A DNA stretch of 19,666 nucleotides from Labilithrix sp. (lineage in GTDB: Bacteria; Myxococcota_A; Polyangia; Polyangiales; Polyangiaceae). The notes below the pieces were generated by a model that saw nothing but the letters and a program-made list of their open reading frames with translations, was not told where the DNA came from and made no database searches. Shown piece after piece: positions 8,301 through 18,234 of the stretch. A program made the position numbers and the translations under genes. The number at the start of each line of letters is the position of its first letter. The stretch's first letter is position 1. The stretch is taken from positions 1 to 19,666 of the forward strand of contig JBGAFW010000028.1 in NCBI GenBank assembly GCA_044227045.1, read 5' to 3'.

Positions 8301-8318
8301 TCTGAGGCAATCCTCACA
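8301..8318. promoter_or_regulatory. Operator-like palindrome 2 (TGAGG-caat-CCTCA), 30-49 nt upstream of the TetR start
   Basis: The arms are TGAGG and CCTCA. The direct-repeat core aatcctcacatttg (8309-8322) is paralogous to aatcctcacgtttg (8281-8294). A possible -35 TTGATA (8292-8297) and a weak -10 CACATT (8315-8320) are 17 bp apart, so site 2 would sit in the spacer. Confidence 0.55.
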
Positions 8319-8349
8319 TTTGTCAATCGACGCCGACGAGAAAGCGAGA

Positions 8350-9102
8350 ATGCCCTCGAAATCGCCCAAAAAAGCCTCCCCTCCCCAAGGCGCCGAGGTC
8401 GCGGCGGACGCAGAAAATCGCAGGGTGCCGACGCAGGAGCGGAGCCGCCAGCGCGTCGCGCGCATTCTGGATGCGGCCGCCAGCGTCTTCGCCGAGCAAG
8501 GCCACGACGCCGCGACGATGGAGGCGATCGCGGCGAAGGCGGAGACCTCGATCGGATCGATCTACCAATTCTTTCCGAACAAGGCGGCCGTGTTCGACGC
8601 GCTCGTGCGGCGCTACCACGGGGCCATTCGCGCGTTTCTCGACAACATCTTGCAGGAGGAGCTCGCCCGCGCGCATCCGCTTGGCGACATCATCGACACG
8701 TCGATCGACGCGCTCACCACGCTGCACGAGACCGATCTTGGCTTTCGCGCGGTGTGGGCTGGGATGCATCTCACGAAGACGGTCGTCCGCGAAGGCGAGG
8801 CGCTGAACCAGGAGATCGCGCGGAGGATCGCGCAGGTCCTCGCGCCCAAGCTCCCCGGCCTCCCTGCGTCTCGCCACCTCCTCGTCGCGACGATGGTGGT
8901 CGAGATCGTCAGCGCGATGCTGATCTTCTCGGCGCGCCGGCTGAGCAGCGGCGAGCCAAACGCGCGCCGCGAGCGGATGTCGGAGACGAAGCTTCTCCTC
9001 CGGCGATATCTCGCGCCGTATGAAGTACCGGCAGGCGCGTCCCATTCGACGAATGCCCCGCAAAAAGTGGCAAAACGCAGCAAGCGCGCACGGTCGCGCT
9101 GA
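8350..9102 (+). CDS. TetR/AcrR-family transcriptional regulator
   Basis: The N-terminal HTH is RILDAAASVFAEQGHDAATMEAIAAKAETSIGSIYQFFPNKAAVFDAL, a classic TetR_N. The C-terminal half is an all-helical ligand-binding domain. ATG 8350 is preceded by the purine-rich stretch gagaaagcgaga. The gene is divergent from the P450. Confidence 0.93.
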   Translation: MPSKSPKKASPPQGAEVAADAENRRVPTQERSRQRVARILDAAASVFAEQGHDAATMEAIAAKAETSIGSIYQFFPNKAAVFDALVRRYHGAIRAFLDNILQEELARAHPLGDIIDTSIDALTTLHETDLGFRAVWAGMHLTKTVVREGEALNQEIARRIAQVLAPKLPGLPASRHLLVATMVVEIVSAMLIFSARRLSSGEPNARRERMSETKLLLRRYLAPYEVPAGASHSTNAPQKVAKRSKRARSR

Positions 9103-9221
9103 GCCGAAGGCGCGGCCGCGAGATGGCATGAAGACCACGAGAAGTGATCGTCCATTGCGCCAGCTGAGGCTGTAAGATTAGGGTGGCACGGGCTCTCGGT
9201 TGGGGCCGCCGTGCTTCAGCC

Positions 9222-10793
9222 ATGGCCGGCGATATTCGGAGCAAGAAGCCGAAGGTTCTGGGCGCGCGCGTCGCGGGGCTGCGGCTCACGCCCGAAGAGC
9301 GCTTCGTCATGGCACGCATCGACGGCCGGCTCTCCGTCGACGAGCTCGCGAGCGTGACGGGCCTCGAAGGTGATCGCCTCGAGAAGATCGTCTCGAAGCT
9401 CGCGTTCGACGGGGCGGTCGATCTCGGCGAGGAGCCTCGCTTCGCCGCCGCGGCCGCGGCCTTCGCGCCGGCCGAGGGAGAGACGACGTCGATGGCGGAG
9501 CTCGCGGCGGCGCTCGGCATGGATCCGAGCTCGTTTGGCGGAGGAAAGACCGCGCCGGTCGAGATGCCTCCCCCGACGCCGCGCAAGGTGATCGTCCGCC
9601 CGAAGATTCGCCCGAAGGCCGACCCGAGCGCGGTGGGCCTGGCGACGGCGCCTGCGCCTGCGGCCGAGGAAGCCGCGCCGCCGGTGCCCGCGGCACACGA
9701 CAGCGAACGCGATTTGCCCGACGTGCAGTCGGCGCTCGACCTCGCCGCGCTCGAAGCCTTCGGCGACGAGACGCCTCCCGACGCCGAGCCTGCGTCGCCG
9801 GGCGATCCCCCTCGCCGGGCCGCGCCACGCGCGCAGCAAGCCAAGAACCGCGCCGCCGTCGACGAAGCCCCGCCGCAGCTCGATGAGCTCGAAGAGGTCC
9901 ATGACGAGCTCGAGGAGGTCCACGACGAGCTCGAGGAGGTGCACGACGAGCTCGAAGAGGTCCACGACGAAGAGGACCAGCTCATCGAGCTCGATGATGA
10001 GGGAAACCCCGTCAGTCGTTCGGAGCAAAACGCACGTGACCGCGCCAGCGATCGCGAGCAAAAGGAAGAGGACGAGGTCTCACGCGCCGTCGCCGAGCGC
10101 AACTACCGCCAGGTGTTCGAGAAGAGCTGGCATCCGCTGCCCGTCGACCAGCGCATCGCGGGGGCGCGCACGGCGCACGGTCCCGACTTGCTCGCGCTGT
10201 GCTTCGATCCCGATCCGCGCGTCATCGCCGCCATCCTCGAGAACTCGACGGTGGGCCTCGATCACGTTCGCTTGATCGCCTTTTACCATCGTACCGGGAC
10301 GGGCCTCGAGATCGTCGCCCGCCGTCAGGACTGGCTCCGCGACATCCTCGTCGAGCGCCGCCTCCTGCGTAACCCGATGATCGGCGACATCGTGCTCTCG
10401 CGCGTGATGGGCCCGAAGCGGCTCTTCCAGACGTACAAGATCGCGATCGATCGCGAGATCCCCGAGCTCACGCGGACGAAGGTACGCGGCTACATCCGGC
10501 AGAAATGGCAGAACGCCACCTCGGAGGAGCGCGCCGATCTCTTGCTCCGGACGGAGGCCCGCTGCCTCATCATCATGACCGGCTGCACCTTCGACGCGAA
10601 GACGACCGCGATCCTCTGCGGCCGTCCGATCAACTCCGTCATGTTCGTGCAGTCGATCGCGAAGTTCCCCGCCTCACCGCCCGCGCTCCTCGCGCATTTG
10701 ATGAAGCAGAACTTCGTGCGGAAGAACCCGCCGCTGAAAAAGATGCTCCTCGCCCACCCGAACATGCCGGGTGACGTGAAGCGAAACATCTAG
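9222..10793 (+). CDS. Hypothetical protein: conserved-looking N-terminal about 70-aa domain, long Pro/Ala/Asp-rich disordered region containing (ELEEVHD)4, C-terminal about 260-aa alpha-helical (HEAT/ARM-like) domain
   Basis: The ORF runs to TAG 10791-10793. ATG 9222 is preferred over GTG 9183 because the 39-nt extension has low GC3. The N-terminus is LTPEERFVMARIDGRLSVDELASVTGLEGDRLEKIVSKLAFDGAV. The C-terminal region has repeated amphipathic helices (DPRVIAAILENSTVGLDHVRLIAF ... PALLAHLMKQNFVRKNPPLKKMLLAHPNMP). I do not recognise a named family. Confidence 0.75.
   Translation: MAGDIRSKKPKVLGARVAGLRLTPEERFVMARIDGRLSVDELASVTGLEGDRLEKIVSKLAFDGAVDLGEEPRFAAAAAAFAPAEGETTSMAELAAALGMDPSSFGGGKTAPVEMPPPTPRKVIVRPKIRPKADPSAVGLATAPAPAAEEAAPPVPAAHDSERDLPDVQSALDLAALEAFGDETPPDAEPASPGDPPRRAAPRAQQAKNRAAVDEAPPQLDELEEVHDELEEVHDELEEVHDELEEVHDEEDQLIELDDEGNPVSRSEQNARDRASDREQKEEDEVSRAVAERNYRQVFEKSWHPLPVDQRIAGARTAHGPDLLALCFDPDPRVIAAILENSTVGLDHVRLIAFYHRTGTGLEIVARRQDWLRDILVERRLLRNPMIGDIVLSRVMGPKRLFQTYKIAIDREIPELTRTKVRGYIRQKWQNATSEERADLLLRTEARCLIIMTGCTFDAKTTAILCGRPINSVMFVQSIAKFPASPPALLAHLMKQNFVRKNPPLKKMLLAHPNMPGDVKRNI
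9885..9968 (+). repeat. Perfect in-frame tandem repeat of 4 x 21 bp (gagctcga[a/g]gaggt[c/g]ca[t/c]gac) encoding (ELEEVHD)4
   Basis: Units occupy 9885-9905, 9906-9926, 9927-9947 and 9948-9968 and differ only at synonymous or wobble positions. Flanking codons continue the pattern loosely: LDELEEVHD upstream and EEDQLIELDDE downstream. Confidence 0.95.
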
Positions 10794-10814
10794 ATTTCAG
10801 GCGTTTCGTCGAGC

Positions 10815-11240
10815 TCAGGCCTTCTTCGCGGGCGCGGCCTGCGCCTTGAGCAGATCGCGGATCTCCGTGAGGAGCTTCTCCTGCGCGGGCGGCTCGGGCG
10901 GCGGGGCCTGATGCCGGAGCTTGTTGTAGGCGCGCACGATCAAGAACACGATGAACGCGACGATGAACAGCTCGATGAAGGACTGGAGTGCATCGCCGAA
11001 CCGGATCGCGACCTCCTTCGAGGCCTCCTTGCCGTCGGGACCGAAGACCGCCGGCTGGAGCACGTAGCGGAGCTCGGTGAAGTTCACCTTGCCGGTGATG
11101 AGCCCGATCGGCGGCATGATCACCTTCTCGACGAGCGCGGTGACGACCTTGCCAGAAGCCGCGCCGATGATGACGCCGACGGCGAGGTCGATGAAGTTCC
11201 CTTTGATCGCGAACTCGCGAAACTCTTTGACGATACTCAT
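10815..11240 (-). CDS. mscL: Large-conductance mechanosensitive channel MscL
   Basis: MSIVKEFREFAIKGNFIDLAVGVIIGAASGKVVTALVEKVIMPPIGL is the hallmark MscL N-terminus and TM1. TM2 is FIELFIVAFIVFLIV, followed by a charged C-terminal helix. The ATG is preceded by GAGGGGG. The stop is TGA (reverse complement of tca at 10815-10817). Confidence 0.95.
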   Translation of the reverse strand: MSIVKEFREFAIKGNFIDLAVGVIIGAASGKVVTALVEKVIMPPIGLITGKVNFTELRYVLQPAVFGPDGKEASKEVAIRFGDALQSFIELFIVAFIVFLIVRAYNKLRHQAPPPEPPAQEKLLTEIRDLLKAQAAPAKKA

Positions 11241-11255
11241 GTGCGGAGCCCCCTC

Positions 11256-12203
11256 TCAGAAGAACGTGTAGACGAGGTTGATGGACGCGATCGAATCGAG
11301 CTCTTCGACGTTCGGCAGCGGCTTGTTTTCGTAACGCGCGGTGTACGTCGTCGCGAGCGCGAGGCTGTCGGCCACGTTCGACTTCAGGCCGATGTCGGCG
11401 ATGAAGCGGTACGTCTCGATGTCGGCAAAGTTTTGCAGATATTCGACGCTCGCGATGAACGACACTTCCTTGCGCAGCTTGTTCTCGTAGCCGAGAAAGA
11501 GGCGGGCGTTGTGGAGTGTCTGCGTGCGATCGAGAGGAGGAGGTGCGGGTGTCCCGGGCGGTGATCCATCCGGGACGTTCTGCGCCAGCGCGTCGGTGCG
11601 GCGAACGTCGTGCTGCAAGTCGTAGCCGCCTTCGATCTGGAGCCGATGCGTCTTCGTGTTGATGAAGTAGTACGCGACGCCAGGGTCGACGTTGAGTCGA
11701 AGGTCGAGACCTTGGAAGCGATCGCGACGCGCCGTCGACTGGAGGAAGAGCGAGACTTCGTTCGTGAGGAAGTAGTCGTAGCGAAGGAGGCCTTGGTAGT
11801 TCTCGACCGTCGCCTCGATCGGCGCGCCCTTCTTTCCGGCCTTCGCGAAGTTGCCGGCGAGGGCGATGCTGAGCTGGTGCTCGTCACGGCGAAAGCGTGC
11901 CTTGCCGAACGACGTGACCGCGATCGTGCGCGCGTTTCCCGCGGAGAAGAGGCCGCCGAGGCCGAGGCTCACATCGTTCGCGTAGCGCGGGTCGTCGTCT
12001 TTGCGCTCCGTCCCCGTGACGAAGCCGCCTTTGGCGATGTCGGTGTTGCCCTTCGTCGCGGTGGACGCCTTCACCGTTTCGCTCGGCTGCAGAGGCTGCT
12101 CTTTGGCGGCCTCTTGTGCGAAAGCGCTCTTCGATTCGAGGAAGGTCGTCAGCGCGAGGGCGACGACGCAGCTCAAGACAACAGGGCGGGTCAGGATGGC
12201 CAT
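11256..12203 (-). CDS. Outer-membrane beta-barrel protein, DUF481 (YdiY-like) type
   Basis: The signal peptide is MAILTRPVVLSCVVALALTTFLESKSAFA. The body has alternating amphipathic beta-strand pattern rich in Y/G/N/T. The C-terminal ...SINLVYTFF ends in Phe, as is typical of beta-barrel OMPs. Its stop is 15 nt upstream of the mscL start codon in the direction of transcription, so the two genes probably form an operon. Confidence 0.7.
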   Translation of the reverse strand: MAILTRPVVLSCVVALALTTFLESKSAFAQEAAKEQPLQPSETVKASTATKGNTDIAKGGFVTGTERKDDDPRYANDVSLGLGGLFSAGNARTIAVTSFGKARFRRDEHQLSIALAGNFAKAGKKGAPIEATVENYQGLLRYDYFLTNEVSLFLQSTARRDRFQGLDLRLNVDPGVAYYFINTKTHRLQIEGGYDLQHDVRRTDALAQNVPDGSPPGTPAPPPLDRTQTLHNARLFLGYENKLRKEVSFIASVEYLQNFADIETYRFIADIGLKSNVADSLALATTYTARYENKPLPNVEELDSIASINLVYTFF

Positions 12204-12247
12204 GACGCGCCTGTCTAAGTGATTTATCCGGTTCCGTCACGGCTCTT

Positions 12248-12275
12248 CTGTCGCGGGACAGCCCGGCTCGAGCCG
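12248..12275 (-). terminator. Cluster of two GC-rich palindromes immediately 3' of the lipoprotein gene on the minus strand; candidate terminator or operator
   Basis: ctgtc-gcgg-gacag occupies 12248-12261 (5-bp stem, 4-nt loop). The perfect 12-bp palindrome cggctcgagccg occupies 12264-12275. On the minus-strand transcript these are followed by a comparatively AT-rich stretch (aagagccgtgacggaaccggataaatcacttagac), which also serves as the upstream region of the OMP-mscL operon. Confidence 0.3.
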
Positions 12276-12285
12276 CCGTTCGCGC

Positions 12286-12858
12286 CTACCGAGGCGTGGG
12301 GAACGTGATCGGGATCGTGAGCGTGCTGTCCCAGCACTTCTCGACCTCGGGGAACGGCGTCGTCTTGACGACACCGAGCATGCACTCGGCGACCGGATCG
12401 GGCAGGGTCTTCTCGATCACCTTCACCGTCTTGATCTTGCCTTTGACGTCGACGGTCATCTTGATCTTGACCGTGCCTTCGAGGTTCGGGTTCTTCTTCT
12501 TCCCTTGCGCGTAGCAGTCTTTCAGCTTCGGCCGCGCGCGCTTCTCGAAGTCGACGCCGACGGGCGTGCACTCGTCCTTCGTCTCGCCGACCACGACGGG
12601 CGGCTTCGACGGTGCGCCGGCGTCCGCAGGCGAGTCTGCCACCGGCGCGGAGGACGACGCGGGCGGAGAGGAGGATGCGCTGGACGCGGAGGACGACGCA
12701 GACTCGGATGCAGATGACGACGGCGACGCGTCCGTCATGTCCTCGGGCGCACCGGTCTTCGGCGGCGGCTTGTTGTCACCGCACGCGATGACGAGGCCCG
12801 GCGTGGCGACGGCAAAGAAGAAAGCGGCGACGACCCCAGTCCCAAGCTTCGTCTTCAT
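12286..12858 (-). CDS. Lipoprotein with Ser-rich linker and AgmX/PglI-type (TonB-C-like) C-terminal domain
   Basis: The signal peptide plus lipobox is MKTKLGTGVVAAFFFAVATPGLVIAC. A low-complexity region SPSSSASESASSSASSASSSPPASSSAP follows. The C-terminal domain is KDCYAQGKKKNPNLEGTVKIKMTVDVKGKIKTVKVIEKTLPDPVAECMLGVVKTTPFP with the conserved Cys pattern. The ATG is the reverse complement of cat at 12856-12858, and GTG at 12882 is a possible alternative start. Confidence 0.7.
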   Translation of the reverse strand: MKTKLGTGVVAAFFFAVATPGLVIACGDNKPPPKTGAPEDMTDASPSSSASESASSSASSASSSPPASSSAPVADSPADAGAPSKPPVVVGETKDECTPVGVDFEKRARPKLKDCYAQGKKKNPNLEGTVKIKMTVDVKGKIKTVKVIEKTLPDPVAECMLGVVKTTPFPEVEKCWDSTLTIPITFPTPR

Positions 12859-12910
12859 TCTTGGCGTTATACCCCGAAACACCGCGCCTGCGGGTGCGTT
12901 GGGGACGTGC

Positions 12911-13765
12911 TCACGCGTCTTCGGCTTCCGCAGCGAGGGCTTGGGTGAACGGAAGCGGCGCGCGGCCTCGCTTCTTCAACATGTCGAGCACGAGGTACGT
13001 CGCCAAGGCGGCGGCGAAGTGCTTGAGCGAGTGCCCGCTGACGACACGCGAGGTCGCCTCGTAGACCTGACCGTCGAAGTGCTCGAGGGCCTTGGCTCCA
13101 GCGTAGAGCACGACGACGATGAGCAGCTCGATGCCACGTGAATAACGCGGCGGAAAGAGGAGAAGCATCAGCGGGAGCGCGGCGACGGGGAAGAGCTGCA
13201 CGAACAAGTACACGCGCAGATCGCCGTGGCCCGTCTGCTCCGAGAGTCGCCACATCACGACGCTCGCCACACCCACGAACACGAACGGCAAGAGCAGCAT
13301 CCGCGACCAGTAGATGCTGATGCGCTCCGCGATGACTGCGGCGAAGAGTGACGTGAACGCGATCGACATCGGCAGGCGATCCCAAAACAGCGTCGGGGTC
13401 TTCGGATACAGATGGTAGTAGGCCGACCCGAACGCCGTCAGCATCACGCCGGCGAAGAAGAGGACGTACGCAGGCCGTTCGCGAAGAGACTCGAACGCCG
13501 TATGGGCTCCCGGCCGAAACGGACCGTCCGGATCGCGCGTCGGGCCACGACGCAAGAAGGAGAGCCCGATCCAGCCGACGATGAAGAACGGGATGTTCGA
13601 CAGGACGTTGAACGCGTTCGGGATCGCCTTCGATCCGACGTGGAGCGGCCGCGTGTCGGCGAAGTGGTGGTACGCCTCCGACTGCGGAATGGCGCCGTGC
13701 TTCCACAGCGCGACGCCCGCGCCGATGGCGATGAGAAAGAGAAGGACGACCTTGAGCCCCTTCAT
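12911..13765 (-). CDS. 7-TM alkaline ceramidase-like (CREST superfamily) integral-membrane hydrolase
   Basis: There are seven hydrophobic helices. Conserved polar residues are positioned as in alkaline ceramidase/PAQR-type hydrolases: SNIPFF in TM2, AYYHLY, and the TM7 motif SGHSLKHFAAA (GHxxxH). The N-terminus is MKGLKVVLLFLIAIGAGVALW. The ATG is the reverse complement of cat at 13763-13765, with AAGGTG upstream. Confidence 0.7.
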   Translation of the reverse strand: MKGLKVVLLFLIAIGAGVALWKHGAIPQSEAYHHFADTRPLHVGSKAIPNAFNVLSNIPFFIVGWIGLSFLRRGPTRDPDGPFRPGAHTAFESLRERPAYVLFFAGVMLTAFGSAYYHLYPKTPTLFWDRLPMSIAFTSLFAAVIAERISIYWSRMLLLPFVFVGVASVVMWRLSEQTGHGDLRVYLFVQLFPVAALPLMLLLFPPRYSRGIELLIVVVLYAGAKALEHFDGQVYEATSRVVSGHSLKHFAAALATYLVLDMLKKRGRAPLPFTQALAAEAEDA

Positions 13766-13884
13766 TCTTTCATTGCACCTTCAGATCCATGTCCTGAGCG
13801 AGACGAGGCAGACGAGAACAGCAGAATCATGACGCGGACGAAATGGCCACTTCGTGACGACACTTCATGCAAAGATGACACGTT

Positions 13885-14400
13885 TTGGCCGATTCCGCGT
13901 CTCGCAATGTAAAGGGCGTCCTCTTCACGGACTATGTCCGCATGATCCGTGGCAAGAAGGACGTGGACTGGGGCAAGCACCTGAGCCCCGAGGAGATGAG
14001 CTACCTGGTCAGCCGGGTGGACCCGAACGGGTGGTACCCGATGCTCTCCTTCGAGCGGATGGGAAACGCGATCCTGAAAGAGATCGCGGGAGGCCAGGTG
14101 GAGGCCGCGCGGATGTGGGGACGCATCAGCGTCGACCAACTCCGGATGGCCACGCCCCAGCTCTTCGACTTCGACGCGCTCGAGGTGAAGAGCGCCATCT
14201 CGAACCACGCCGCGATCGTGATTCACTACCACATGGGCGCGATGGCCGAGGAGGCCGCCTCGAACCAGACGATGGGGTTCTTCGAGCGCCTGCTCGTGAT
14301 CGCGGGCGCCGAGGGCGTCGACGCACGCTTCACCTCGCGGTCGTGGAAGGGCGACAAACAGACGCTGCTCGAGCTCCACTGGCAGCCCCCGAACATGTGA
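13885..14400 (+). CDS. Small soluble protein of unknown function (171 aa from TTG 13885; 152 aa if ATG 13942 is used)
   Basis: Composition is balanced and W/Y/M-containing with no low complexity, which contrasts with the Arg/Gly/His-rich antisense ORF at 13762-14415. A stop at 13876-13878 bounds the 5' end. The only in-frame starts are TTG 13885 and ATG 13942. The gene ends 60 nt before the hybrid histidine-kinase gene on the same strand. Confidence 0.6.
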   Translation: MADSASRNVKGVLFTDYVRMIRGKKDVDWGKHLSPEEMSYLVSRVDPNGWYPMLSFERMGNAILKEIAGGQVEAARMWGRISVDQLRMATPQLFDFDALEVKSAISNHAAIVIHYHMGAMAEEAASNQTMGFFERLLVIAGAEGVDARFTSRSWKGDKQTLLELHWQPPNM

Positions 14401-14460
14401 GGCGACGGGGAGCATGCGCCGCGGCGTGGATCATGCGACGATGTCCCTGGGCAACGGCTC

Positions 14461-18192
<3,732 letters not shown>

Positions 18193-18234
18193 TACGATCC
18201 CTACGGGCCGCGAAAGCGAGGACGAACGGGGAGC

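Noticed and set aside
9885-9968. Possible CRISPR-like or mobile repeat
   Set aside because: The 21-bp units are contiguous with no spacers and lie in frame inside a CDS. There are no cas genes. It is a coding tandem repeat, not a CRISPR array.
8909-10102. 397-aa Ser-rich minus-strand ORF, and 9216-10061 on the minus strand
   Set aside because: They are antisense to the repeat-protein gene. The poly-Ser run is just the reverse translation of the acidic GAG/GAC-rich repeat region.
13762-14415. 217-aa minus-strand ORF antisense to the small protein
   Set aside because: Its product is Arg/Gly/His/Val-rich. The plus-strand alternative has balanced composition and sits in operon-like position before the histidine-kinase gene. 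The plus strand was chosen, though with only 0.6 confidence.
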